Sequence record: NC_054925.1
Reading direction: 5' to 3' (one strand)
Source of the DNA: Escherichia phage vB_EcoM_NBG2
DNA: 64,000 bases
A program made the position numbers and the translations under genes. This document shows, piece by piece, positions 27,376 to 37,307 of this stretch. The number at the start of each line of letters is the position of its first letter. The first letter of the stretch is position 1. The notes beneath the pieces were generated by a model that saw only the letters and a program-made list of their open reading frames with translations, had not been told where the DNA came from and made no database searches.

Positions 27376-27737
27376 TACAAACTCTCGGTGAAGGTACGAG
27401 CGATAACGTCGCGCTGCTGTTCCGGAGTCAGAGAGTTAAAGCGAACTGCATAACCGGATACACGGATGGTCAGCTGCGGATATTTTTCCGGATGCTTAAC
27501 TGCATCTTCCAGAGTTTCACGACGCAGAACGTTAACGTTCAGGTGTTGACCACCTTCAATTTTAACTGTAGGCTGTTGCTCAATTTCAATTTCACGGGCA
27601 TGCAAACCATAGAAAATTTCTGGGTCTACAAAAGAGTCCTCTTTAAAGGTTTTAGAGACAATAATTCGTGCTTGAATACCATCTTCAAAATAAATAGTAC
27701 CTTTATGTGTGCCTTCAAGAATTTGATATGCTTTCAT
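27375..27737 (-). CDS. grcA: autonomous glycyl-radical cofactor (GrcA/YfiD-like), chimeric
   Basis: 120 aa; C-terminal ~58 aa including [29 protein letters not shown] matches the E. coli GrcA C-terminus as recalled; 3' half of the gene is visibly GC-richer than surrounding phage DNA. Confidence 0.85.
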   Translation of the reverse strand: MKAYQILEGTHKGTIYFEDGIQARIIVSKTFKEDSFVDPEIFYGLHAREIEIEQQPTVKIEGGQHLNVNVLRRETLEDAVKHPEKYPQLTIRVSGYAVRFNSLTPEQQRDVIARTFTESL

Positions 27738-27743
27738 ATAACC

Positions 27744-28070
27744 TCAATTAGAAAATAAATTTATCCAAGATTGTTCTTTAATTAAAAATGGCTCAGAATC
27801 ATATGCCATTAAACTCTGTGTGATTAGTCCTTTAAAAGGCCCATCAATAAATTCCATGGTAAAATATGGAATTTTATTCATTAGCCGTGCATTAGGAGCC
27901 GTGCACAAAACTCTGCATCCTTTGAATACGCCTTTTTGTAATTTGTATTGCTTGGGATAAAATTCGCTCAAAATGTTATTTTTTGCCAAAATTTCAAAAT
28001 GATTCACCAATTTATTTTTAATAGTTTTTGGCGAAAAATAAAGATATTCGAAAAGCTGAGTGTCTGTCAT
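27744..28070 (-). CDS. hypothetical protein (108 aa, start revised)
   Basis: Start MTDTQLFEYLYF coupled to upstream stop. Confidence 0.45.
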   Translation of the reverse strand: MTDTQLFEYLYFSPKTIKNKLVNHFEILAKNNILSEFYPKQYKLQKGVFKGCRVLCTAPNARLMNKIPYFTMEFIDGPFKGLITQSLMAYDSEPFLIKEQSWINLFSN

Positions 28071-28657
28071 CATTGCATTCCGATTACGAAAAACTGTGGA
28101 CGAGTAATACCACCAATGCAACATTTAATATTACAGCAGCAGTGTACAGTGTCAATATGGACACTATAAATCTTATCCATATCAGGAGATTTGACAGGCT
28201 CATCAATTATATACAAAATTCGCGAAAGCGATAAACCTCTGAACTTACTTCCTTTATTACCGATAAAACTGCGCACAGAATCAGTAAATAAACGAAAACG
28301 TATATCATCATTAGAATAACGCGAAAATTCCTTTTTGATGTTATTTGCAGAAATTTTAGCGTAAGCTGAAGTATTAGAAAGAACAATAACTGTTCCACCG
28401 TCATACAACCAATTAGCGGCAAAATTAGTTACTGCAGTTGATTTACCAGATTGACGCCCACCATCTAGTCGAAGTGTACAATACTGCTTAAGTAAGTCTT
28501 CAAATGGTGGGATATAATCGTTTTTACAAATTTCTTCTACTCTAGCATCAGAATGGTGTGTAAAAGCATTCATCAGGGATAGATAAGGACCAGTTAAAAA
28601 TGTTCTCATTTTATTCTCTCTAAATTTGGGCCATTCCATGGCGCATGAATTGTCCAT
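28070..28657 (-). CDS. small P-loop NTPase-like protein (195 aa, start uncertain)
   Basis: Walker A-like GGRQSGKST and Walker B-like ILYIIDEP. Confidence 0.5.
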   Translation of the reverse strand: MDNSCAMEWPKFRENKMRTFLTGPYLSLMNAFTHHSDARVEEICKNDYIPPFEDLLKQYCTLRLDGGRQSGKSTAVTNFAANWLYDGGTVIVLSNTSAYAKISANNIKKEFSRYSNDDIRFRLFTDSVRSFIGNKGSKFRGLSLSRILYIIDEPVKSPDMDKIYSVHIDTVHCCCNIKCCIGGITRPQFFVIGMQ

Positions 28658-28762
28658 TTCTGTATTTACCCATTACCGCACTCAGGCTCGACCTTATTAC
28701 AGGTTGGCGGGAATCCCTCATAGAATCATGAGGTCCAGTTTGTTCCCATATTTCTTATTTGC

Positions 28763-29236
28763 TTATTTGAACGATTTAACGTACTGAATAGAACCTTTAC
28801 TATTTACAAAGGCAATTTTACCATTTTTATTATACATTGTAGCAGTACGTTGATAGCCATAAGTTTGTTTACCAGATTGATAACCAACTAATGCAAAATT
28901 ATCTTCACCCATTTTATTCTGTTTAGCGCGAATGCGTTCATGACCATGTGCCATAAGAACCTTAGCATCACCAGTTGCAATGGATCGACGAGTTTTTTCA
29001 TCTTCAACTGTATTAACAAAGTCGTCAAATGAATCAAATTTAGCATGAGATTTATTATACAGTTTTCCATCTACTGCATAATTATATCCCTGTACATCCA
29101 TCTCAACTTCTGTACCATCATCCAATACAGCAGTAATTTTTTGACCTTTTTTAAATTTCAAAAGATCAGTAAAAGATTCAGCGATAATTTGAGAATTAAT
29201 AGCTGCTTCAGTGATAAATTCTTGATATGTTTTCAT
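28763..29236 (-). CDS. internal (capsid-injected) protein with capsid-targeting sequence
   Basis: 157 aa; begins MKTYQEFITEA, the T-even capsid-targeting sequence pattern; adjacent to e as ip genes are in T4. Confidence 0.7.
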   Translation of the reverse strand: MKTYQEFITEAAINSQIIAESFTDLLKFKKGQKITAVLDDGTEVEMDVQGYNYAVDGKLYNKSHAKFDSFDDFVNTVEDEKTRRSIATGDAKVLMAHGHERIRAKQNKMGEDNFALVGYQSGKQTYGYQRTATMYNKNGKIAFVNSKGSIQYVKSFK

Positions 29237-29284
29237 ATGTTTCCTTTAAATATTTTAATTAGTAATTTGTCTCTTCAAGCAACT

Positions 29285-29322
29285 GTGAATATACTATCAC
29301 AATTCTAGGAGAAAGTAAACAA
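29285..29322 (-). promoter_or_regulatory. early promoter upstream of internal protein gene
   Basis: Minus strand GTTTAC (29320..29315) and TGATAGTATAT. Confidence 0.5.
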
Positions 29323-29324
29323 CT

Positions 29325-30293
<969 letters not shown>

Positions 30294-30297
<4 letters not shown>

Positions 30298-30782
30298 TTT
30301 AATTTCCTGCATTCAGTGATAAAGTTATTTAAATTTTGAGTATATTTCTTTTCATCAAAAATCTTTTGTTGTCTGCGTAAACGCCATGGCATTTCAATGA
30401 ACATACGCCATATTCCTGATAATACTGCTGCTGTAAAAATATTAACAAGTATAGTTAAAAGAACCCAATCTCCTATTCTGTCCATTGGATTTTTTATAAA
30501 AAAGTAAAATACGAACGATGATATAGGAAGACTAATGATATACCACAGAAGAACCTTCTTATCTGTGAACCAATCAGCATTCGTTAACTTAGCGCGACCG
30601 TTTTGAATACATACGAACTTATCATCTGTTACAGTAAATGGCTTAGCTGCTTGATATCCCATTCTAAACTCCCTAATTAATCGTTTCTTTGTATCTTCAG
30701 AACAACCATTCCAGTCAACTCTATCAACTGGAATGCCATCATCCCCATCATCTAAATCATACCAGCGAGTTTTTAAAATCAT
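30294..30782 (-). CDS. membrane protein (162 aa), tandem family member 1
   Basis: Soluble N-domain then two TM helices; C-terminal motif FITECRKLK shared with next two genes. Confidence 0.5.
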
Positions 30783-31141
30783 TTAATTTTCCTACAATCA
30801 CTCACAAACTCTTTCATTGACTCATTTTCAATATAAGACATGTAGCTATTATATTCCTTTAATTGTATTTTGTAATCCTTTTTTCTTTGCCAATTTATTT
30901 TAAAATTATCATAATGAAAATATAAAATGATACCAAAGAATGAAAACAATGAAATAATTTTAGTATAACAAAGCTCATTCCAAACTTCTGTTATATTTAC
31001 TGTGCCGTCGATGTTTAAAATAAGACAGTCAATTAACAATCCAAAAAGACTACCCGCAAGAGCTGCAGCCAACGCCACAGCAAAAATTAAAAATGACTCA
31101 GAAAACGAATATTTGACTTTATTTAGTTTTGGCTTTTGCAT
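30779..31141 (-). CDS. membrane protein (120 aa), tandem family member 2
   Basis: Two TM helices; C-terminal FVSDCRKIK. Confidence 0.5.
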   Translation of the reverse strand: MQKPKLNKVKYSFSESFLIFAVALAAALAGSLFGLLIDCLILNIDGTVNITEVWNELCYTKIISLFSFFGIILYFHYDNFKINWQRKKDYKIQLKEYNSYMSYIENESMKEFVSDCRKIK

Positions 31142-31536
31142 CGTGATTCCTTAACAAATTTCATAATTTCATTAAATTCATACTCAGCAAGTTTAAGCTG
31201 GTGTTCCTTTTTAATCTTTTTACACTGAGCTTTCCAATCGTGTACACGTTTACGATAATGTCTTCCTTGATACCAGTATCCTACCCAATTTACGGGTACT
31301 AATAAAAGTGGAACTACCAATGGAAGAATTAGCATTAACACAAGTATTTCGCCAGAATCAATATCAGTCATAACATCTAAAACACCTCCAATAATCAATA
31401 GAATTACAAATGATATAAGTATAACAGGACCTATTAATACATCAGTAGAAATTATCTGGTGCTTTGATTCATACTTCAAAGGTTTACTTGGAAGGTATAG
31501 TGATGGTTTTGACATATTCTCTACATTCCTTAACAA
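31123..31536 (-). CDS. membrane protein (137 aa), tandem family member 3
   Basis: Two TM helices; C-terminal FVKESRCKSQN. Confidence 0.5.
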   Translation of the reverse strand: MLRNVENMSKPSLYLPSKPLKYESKHQIISTDVLIGPVILISFVILLIIGGVLDVMTDIDSGEILVLMLILPLVVPLLLVPVNWVGYWYQGRHYRKRVHDWKAQCKKIKKEHQLKLAEYEFNEIMKFVKESRCKSQN

Positions 31537-32092
31537 ATTTTTCTAATAATAAATCGCTTTCAAAATTGGGATTTTCCACGAATTTATCAAAAAGATCATC
31601 AACAATAGTTAAGATATTCTTTTTACTAAGAATACGCTTATTTTCATGCTTCGTTTCAGAATCAACTATAAGAGTAAAGAAATATTTCTTGCCCTGAAAT
31701 TTTACAGTAGTATCAATATAGAATAAATTTGACTTTTGTAAATTACGTTTAAACCATGCGTCACTTAAACTATAAACACCGAGATAATCATAATCGTCGT
31801 TTAAATAACATACTGTCCATTCAGGAGAAATGAAATCAGTAAATTCAACATCAAAATCACGCGTCAATGAATGAATTGATTCAATACTGTTAATAAGTAT
31901 TCCAGGACGTATTAAAGACTTTTTACCTCTGGAAAATCTTCCAGAAAGACTTTCATCAGTTTCATATGAAGAACCCCAATAATAATTACGTCCTTCTGCC
32001 ATACGTTTAAGAGCATTTAATAATTGGTCTGGAACATCAACCTGCCTTTGGAACTCTTCAAACATTGAATTGAAATCACTTTGCATTCTCAT
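31484..32092 (-). CDS. hypothetical protein (202 aa)
   Basis: ORF track; C-terminal EKFVKECREYVK echoes the motif of the three downstream membrane genes. Confidence 0.5.
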   Translation of the reverse strand: MRMQSDFNSMFEEFQRQVDVPDQLLNALKRMAEGRNYYWGSSYETDESLSGRFSRGKKSLIRPGILINSIESIHSLTRDFDVEFTDFISPEWTVCYLNDDYDYLGVYSLSDAWFKRNLQKSNLFYIDTTVKFQGKKYFFTLIVDSETKHENKRILSKKNILTIVDDLFDKFVENPNFESDLLLEKFVKECREYVKTITIPSK

Positions 32093-32133
32093 TCCTATTT
32101 ACTCCAAGTAATAGGGGCCGAAGCCCCTTATCA

Positions 32134-32727
32134 TTATTTCAGAGAATTAATGTATTCCTGAACATCGGCAGAGGTAGTTTCAACCCCAGAAATATTACCG
32201 TTAAAGGTTTCAACTCGAGCAAGAGTATCTTCAATATCAACCTTAGTCAGTGCTGCAATTTCAACTACATCATCAGCAGTACTAATTCCAAGGGCATTTG
32301 CTGCACGAGTTTCACGGATATATTCCAATTTAACCGCAAGTTCTTGGCGTGCATCATCCAATTCAACTACTTTCTTAGCGATTTCAATTCGCATTTCAGC
32401 ATAACCATCAGCTTTAGTAGTCAACTGCTCAGCTGTTCGACGATATAGTAAACCGAGTTTAGCATGCATTGTTACATCTTGACCTTCGGAAAGAAGCTTG
32501 CGAATTTCACGCTCTTTTGATTCAGCCTGCTTATTCTTTTCGACAATAAGTTCACGAATACGTTTTTCTTCATTAATAGATTTAACAGAAGCAGTTTTTA
32601 GATCTTTAATCTTATCAAGTAGTTTTGCTGCTGCAGCAGTATACTGTTCTTCAACAGATAGATTTTTAGCCATAGCAGAACCAAGTTTAGTGCGAATAAA
32701 CTCAACAATTTTCTTCAGTGTGTTCAT
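32134..32727 (-). CDS. coiled-coil protein (197 aa), possibly PspA/IM30-like
   Basis: Continuous charged heptad-rich helices with N-terminal amphipathic segment; assignment to PspA family is tentative. Confidence 0.45.
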
Positions 32728-32764
32728 AGTATTTCCTTAGGTTAATTAAGATTTAAAATCCATG

Positions 32765-32797
32765 AGAGTATTATACTCCGGATAGTTTGTAAACTAT
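32765..32797 (-). promoter_or_regulatory. early promoter
   Basis: Minus strand GTTTAC (32794..32789) and GAGTATAAT. Confidence 0.5.
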
Positions 32798-33015
32798 GTT
32801 AACATCGCCTTTTGCTGCTTTATAACCTTCAGCCCAAGATACAACCGAGTTTTTATCTGAAGATTCAAATTCTGGCATTGGGCTTTCGCCAATGTTCACG
32901 CAGTATGTTTCTTCATTTTCGTCGAACCAAATAATTAAAGTAGTCATTTATTTCTCCGTTTCTGTATTTGTTTTGATAAGTCTATAATAACACCATCCTT
33001 GGTGTTTGTACACAA

Positions 33016-33279
33016 TTATTTCATATTATTGAAATATTCTTCTGCGATTTCGTCGTTATCATGGTAAACTTTAGAAGACAGTTTAACATAACCTTCAGCA
33101 GTGAACATGTTAATCACAACCTTTACAGTATACCACTGACCATCTTCATTACCCATTACTGCGTAAGTTTCAAACATCGGATGATCAGGACCGATAACTT
33201 TAATATCATTCACTGTACGACCGAAATCTTCTGAAACACATTTCATAAAGAAGTTGAACAGTTCGCCGTAATTATCCAT
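33016..33279 (-). CDS. hypothetical protein (87 aa, start revised)
   Basis: Start MDNYGELFNFF with GGAGA SD downstream of early promoter. Confidence 0.45.
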   Translation of the reverse strand: MDNYGELFNFFMKCVSEDFGRTVNDIKVIGPDHPMFETYAVMGNEDGQWYTVKVVINMFTAEGYVKLSSKVYHDNDEIAEEYFNNMK

Positions 33280-33314
33280 TTCATTCTCCAAGTTGTTTTC
33301 TGTATCAGTAGTTG

Positions 33315-33355
33315 ATAGTTGTATAGTACCATGGAAGGACAAGGATGTAAACAGT
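33315..33355 (-). promoter_or_regulatory. early promoter with conserved leader
   Basis: Minus strand GTTTAC (33352..33347) and TGGTACTATAC (33331..33321). Confidence 0.55.
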
Positions 33356-33485
33356 TTTGTGAAAAAAATTTTTAAAAAGTTTTAGGGAATTCTAGGGTCA
33401 GGAGGGGCAATTAAAAGGTAGGATAATATATTATAAAGGGTATAAACTAAATGATGCCTAGAGAGGCCCGGAAAGGCCTAGATAC

Positions 33486-33516
33486 CAAAAAGCCCCAACC
33501 TTTCGGTCGGGGCTAA
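33486..33516 (-). terminator. intrinsic terminator (copy 1 of identical 31-bp element)
   Basis: Minus strand GCCCCGACC-GAAA-GGTTGGGGC followed by TTTTT; identical to 34042..34073 element. Confidence 0.6.
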
Positions 33517-33521
33517 GAATG

Positions 33522-33995
33522 TTATTTGATTTGTTTAGCAGACCAAATGCGGTCTTTAATAATTTTTTGGATGTCTTCAACATACTCAAGAGAGTGAGCA
33601 TGTGGATTATCTTTGAAACTATAAGCACGAGCTAGTTTTTGGCCTTCAGTTTTGATTACTAAAAGCTCTTTAAGGATAGCTTCATATTTGGAGATAATTC
33701 CTTTAACAATATTTTTTTCTTGTGCAGCTTTAGGATCTGCTTTAGGAGCAGGTTTACCCGAAGCCTTTGCAAAAGCAGCGCCAGTAGCAACTAGACTTTT
33801 CCAGGCCATACTAACCGCATTTCCTGTAAATCCTTCTGCTTTCATGTCGCGAGCAAATTGGAATCGCGATTCGTCAGAAGCATCTTTATAAGAATATTTA
33901 CCCGCTGCAATGGCTGCTTTTGCGACAGCTTGAATTTCGGTGCTAGATGCTTCATTTAACACCGCTTCATTTAAAAATTGAGTATATGATTTCAT
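33522..33995 (-). CDS. internal-protein-like protein with capsid-targeting sequence (158 aa, start revised)
   Basis: Start at MKSYTQFLNEA (CTS-like); Ala/Lys-rich; flanked by identical 31-bp terminator hairpins. Confidence 0.55.
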   Translation of the reverse strand: MKSYTQFLNEAVLNEASSTEIQAVAKAAIAAGKYSYKDASDESRFQFARDMKAEGFTGNAVSMAWKSLVATGAAFAKASGKPAPKADPKAAQEKNIVKGIISKYEAILKELLVIKTEGQKLARAYSFKDNPHAHSLEYVEDIQKIIKDRIWSAKQIK

Positions 33996-34041
33996 CTTAT
34001 TTCCTGTTTTAATTCGTGGATTTAATATACTAATATTTATA

Positions 34042-34073
34042 CTAAAAAGCCCCAACCTTTCGGTCGGGGCTAA
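34042..34073 (-). terminator. intrinsic terminator at end of tRNA/stable-RNA unit (copy 2 of identical 31-bp element)
   Basis: Minus strand GCCCCGACC-GAAA-GGTTGGGGC followed by TTTTT. Confidence 0.6.
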
Positions 34074-34099
34074 GCCTTGCGGCAACCTTGTCGGGGTTC

Positions 34100-34387
34100 C
34101 ACCTGCTAAGGCAAGTGTTTGTACGAAACGCCGGGATTCGAACCCGGTTATTAAGTAGTTGACGCTACTCAATATTTTTAAAAGGCCATATCTCGACCAT
34201 ATCCGAACGTTCCGTCAAAAACGCTACTCGGCTTATGGCAAAGATATTTCCTCGAATCGATAATTCGGTGCGCCGTTTCTGCTGTGATATAAGGGGACAT
34301 TAACAAAACATAAAGATTTATTAATGCCAGTCCTTAAACAGGGAACATCAGTCCGACGACTTGCCGGTAGCGACCCGGCTTCTTGTC
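34100..34387 (-). ncRNA. candidate small stable RNA region downstream of the tRNAs (T4 species 1/2 RNA equivalents?)
   Basis: No protein-coding frame; contains a tRNA-like T-arm (CCGGGTTCGAATCCCGG at 34131-34147) without a matching acceptor stem; lies between tRNA-Arg and a terminator. Confidence 0.3.
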
Positions 34388-34463
34388 TGGTCGAGGCAGT
34401 AGGGATCGAACCTACGACCCAGGACTTAGAAGGTCCTTGCTCTTCCTTCTGAGCTATGCCTCG
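34388..34463 (-). tRNA. tRNA-Arg (anticodon UCU)
   Basis: Cloverleaf read by hand: acceptor CGAGGCA/TGCCTCG, anticodon loop CTTCTAA, T-loop TTCGATC, encoded CCA. Confidence 0.8.
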
Positions 34464-34467
34464 TATT

Positions 34468-34542
34468 TGGCGGACGTGATAGGATTCGAACCTATAACCA
34501 ATCGCTTAACAGGCGATCGCTCTGCCATTGAGCTACACATCC
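34468..34542 (-). tRNA. tRNA-Asn (anticodon GUU)
   Basis: Acceptor GGATGTG/CACGTCC, anticodon stem ATCGC/GCGAT with loop CTGTTAA, T-loop TTCGAAT, encoded CCA. Confidence 0.7.
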
Positions 34543-34546
34543 AAAT

Positions 34547-34633
34547 TGGTGGGGAGTGGTGGAGTCGAACCACCCGAGTCGCAATGACAATGAATTTACA
34601 GTCCACACCGCTACCCCTACGGGATAACTCCCC
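34547..34633 (-). tRNA. tRNA-Tyr (anticodon GUA), type II with long variable arm
   Basis: Acceptor GGGGAGT/ACTCCCC, anticodon loop CTGTAAA, long variable arm, T-loop TTCGACT, encoded CCA. Confidence 0.65.
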
Positions 34634-34642
34634 AAATTAATT

Positions 34643-34717
34643 TGGTGGCCCTGGGTGGAATTGAACCACCATCTGGCGATTATGAGTCGCGTGCTTGAAC
34701 CTTCCAGCTACAGGGCC
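34643..34717 (-). tRNA. tRNA-Ile/Met (anticodon CAU; probably the AUA-reading tRNA-Ile as in T4)
   Basis: Acceptor GGCCCTG/CAGGGCC, anticodon loop CTCATAA, T-loop TTCAATT, encoded CCA. Confidence 0.7.
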
Positions 34718-34718
34718 T

Positions 34719-34794
34719 TGGTGCTGATTGACGGAATCGAACCGCCGACCTTCTCATTACAAGTGAGTTGCTCTACCTACTGAGCTAAATCAGC
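34719..34794 (-). tRNA. tRNA-Thr (anticodon UGU)
   Basis: Acceptor GCTGATT/AATCAGC, anticodon loop CTTGTAA, T-loop TTCGATT, encoded CCA. Confidence 0.8.
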
Positions 34795-34799
34795 AAAAC

Positions 34800-34889
34800 T
34801 GGCGGAGGCGATAGGATTTGAACCTATGAGTCGCCGGAGCGACTGCCGGTTTTCAAGACCGGTGCATTAAACCACTCTGCCACGCCTCC
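34800..34889 (-). tRNA. tRNA-Ser (anticodon UGA), type II
   Basis: Acceptor GGAGGCG/CGCCTCC, anticodon loop CTTGAAA, long variable arm, T-loop TTCAAAT. Confidence 0.8.
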
Positions 34890-34891
34890 AG

Positions 34892-34965
34892 TCTCCATAC
34901 AAGGATTTGAACCTTGGACCTCCTGATCCCAAATCAGGCGCTCTACCAAACTGAGCTACACGGAG
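34892..34965 (-). tRNA. tRNA-Pro (anticodon UGG), CCA not encoded
   Basis: Acceptor CTCCGTG/TATGGAG, anticodon loop TTTGGGA, T-loop TTCAAAT; 3' end followed by AC rather than CCA. Confidence 0.75.
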
Positions 34966-34975
34966 TAAATTAAAT

Positions 34976-35049
<74 letters not shown>

Positions 35050-35054
35050 AAATT

Positions 35055-35141
35055 TGGTGCGAGAAGTGGGACTCGAACCCACAAGGAAATCATTCCGCAG
35101 CATTTTAAGTGCTGTGCCTTTACCAATTTGACCATTCTCGC
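35055..35141 (-). tRNA. tRNA-Leu (anticodon UAA), type II
   Basis: Acceptor GCGAGAA/TTCTCGC, anticodon loop CTTAAAA, long variable arm, T-loop TTCGAGT, encoded CCA. Confidence 0.8.
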
Positions 35142-35142
35142 G

Positions 35143-35215
35143 CTGGGAATAAAGGACTCGAACCTTTGCATCCTGGAATCAAAATCCAGTGCCTTACCAA
35201 CTTGGCTAATTCCCA
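35143..35215 (-). tRNA. tRNA-Gln (anticodon UUG)
   Basis: Acceptor TGGGAAT/ATTCCCA, anticodon loop TTTTGAT, T-loop TTCGAGT; 1-nt spacer to tRNA-Leu (dimeric precursor arrangement). Confidence 0.8.
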
Positions 35216-35312
35216 ATTATTAACAAAGGCTCTTTAGCAAGAACCCTTGATGATAGAGGGTATTAATCAGTGCGGTATGAGTTAATAATAACAAATAATT
35301 CTTAAAGCATAT

Positions 35313-35606
35313 TTACCATTTATGATAATACATATTTACGATGCATTCAAGACCCAAAGGATTCTTGAAAATATCATATTCAAGAGGACCTTTTTCTGTT
35401 TCAATAAAGAAATCAAAATTTACTGTATTAAATTTACGGTCTTCCTTTACTAATTTAACTTGAGAAGATGAACGGTCAATGTAAACCTTTTCAACTTCAA
35501 AACATGTTAAAATGCCATAATCATCAATCAAGGCTTTAGCTGCTTCTTGATCATATTTATATCCATTTTCAATGGATGATACTTTAGCATAAAGAATCAT
35601 TATCAA
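35313..35606 (-). CDS. hypothetical protein (97 aa)
   Basis: ORF track. Confidence 0.45.
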   Translation of the reverse strand: MIMILYAKVSSIENGYKYDQEAAKALIDDYGILTCFEVEKVYIDRSSSQVKLVKEDRKFNTVNFDFFIETEKGPLEYDIFKNPLGLECIVNMYYHKW

Positions 35607-35986
35607 CCTTCATCAACAATAGTATGAGTATGGGCATTTACAATTTGCCACCAATCAAAGCGATTAGAACCATACATCGGTTTGTTTTCATTTTCTTTGA
35701 TAATATCACGAAGTTCATCTTCAGTAGCGGCTTTCGCGATTAAATCAGCATATCCACCACGAGGATAATAATTATCACCTGCAAAAAGTAAAAAGTTTGG
35801 TTTAATGTTATTGAACTCTTCAAGAGTAATAACTGTTCCTGATGGTAGTTGAACAATCTCTACATATTTATATCCTAATTTTTGAGCAGCATCTACTGCT
35901 TCAAGCAAAGTATCATGAGCCCATCCAATTTGACAACCTGGCTTTTCAGATGGATTAGCCTGATAATCCGCATACACTTTGTACAT
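35603..35986 (-). CDS. hypothetical protein (127 aa, start revised)
   Basis: Start MYKVYADYQ with AAAGGTGA SD. Confidence 0.5.
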   Translation of the reverse strand: MYKVYADYQANPSEKPGCQIGWAHDTLLEAVDAAQKLGYKYVEIVQLPSGTVITLEEFNNIKPNFLLFAGDNYYPRGGYADLIAKAATEDELRDIIKENENKPMYGSNRFDWWQIVNAHTHTIVDEG

Positions 35987-35987
35987 T

Positions 35988-36173
35988 CTATTCACCTTTA
36001 GAAATTTTATCCATAACGATAGCAATTAAACCAATTAAAAATGCTACTACAAGTGAAAACACATTTTCTGCTGTAGTCAATAATCCGCATATAAATCCAA
36101 CAAACATTGAAAAACTAAAAGCAGAAGCAGAAATTGCAATAGCAACATTTCGAATTAATTCACAACGTTTCAT
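35988..36173 (-). CDS. small membrane protein (61 aa)
   Basis: Two hydrophobic helices; early promoter upstream. Confidence 0.45.
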   Translation of the reverse strand: MKRCELIRNVAIAISASAFSFSMFVGFICGLLTTAENVFSLVVAFLIGLIAIVMDKISKGE

Positions 36174-36194
36174 TTTATTCTCCTCGGTAGTTGA

Positions 36195-36235
36195 TAGGGT
36201 AATAGTATCACAACTAAAACCCTATGTAAACAACT
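36195..36235 (-). promoter_or_regulatory. early promoter inside an inverted repeat
   Basis: Minus strand GTTTAC (36230..36225) and TGATACTAT; flanked by TAGGGT/ACCCTA inverted repeat. Confidence 0.55.
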
Positions 36236-36249
36236 TTGTGAAATATTTA

Positions 36250-36537
36250 TTACAAAAGATTTTTAGCAATAATCTTGAGATGTGCCGCAGAAATGTGTTT
36301 AGCTTTAAACAACGCAGTTTCTTCAGCAGGAGAGATAACGATTGTAGCACCATCCTTTTTAGCAGACCACCCATCACCTAGGTAAACAGTACCTTTGATT
36401 TCTTCGCCATCAACCAGACTAATCATTGGTTTACCTTCTCGTCCTTTATTTGCTTTAATAACTTCAGAAGTAAGAGTAGCCTCGGTAATGGTAGAAACCG
36501 GGGTAGTTGTAGAAGTAAATTCTTTAAATGTTTTCAT
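36250..36537 (-). CDS. ipI: internal protein I (capsid-injected; anti-restriction against GmrSD-type enzymes in T4)
   Basis: 95 aa; MKTFKEFTSTTTPVSTITEA... capsid-targeting sequence and overall match to T4 IPI as recalled; early promoter upstream. Confidence 0.85.
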   Translation of the reverse strand: MKTFKEFTSTTTPVSTITEATLTSEVIKANKGREGKPMISLVDGEEIKGTVYLGDGWSAKKDGATIVISPAEETALFKAKHISAAHLKIIAKNLL

Positions 36538-36559
36538 TTTATTTTCCTAATTAATTTTG

Positions 36560-36600
36560 ATGAGGTAATAGTATCACTACCTCATCAACGTGTAAACAAC
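36560..36600 (-). promoter_or_regulatory. early promoter upstream of ipI, inside an inverted repeat
   Basis: Minus strand GTTTAC (36597..36592) and TGATACTAT; TGATGAGGTA/TACCTCATCA inverted repeat spans the -10. Confidence 0.55.
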
Positions 36601-36609
36601 TTTGTGAAA

Positions 36610-37306
<697 letters not shown>

Positions 37307-37307
<1 letters not shown>

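Noticed and set aside
27369-27758. Plus-strand ORF of 129 aa opposite the GrcA-like gene
   Set aside because: Antisense to a gene with a strongly conserved product; the open frame is a by-product of GC-rich host-like sequence.
34095-34180. Possible eleventh tRNA downstream of tRNA-Arg
   Set aside because: A good T-arm is present but no acceptor stem, D-arm or anticodon arm can be paired; treated as tRNA-like fragment or stable RNA, not a tRNA gene.
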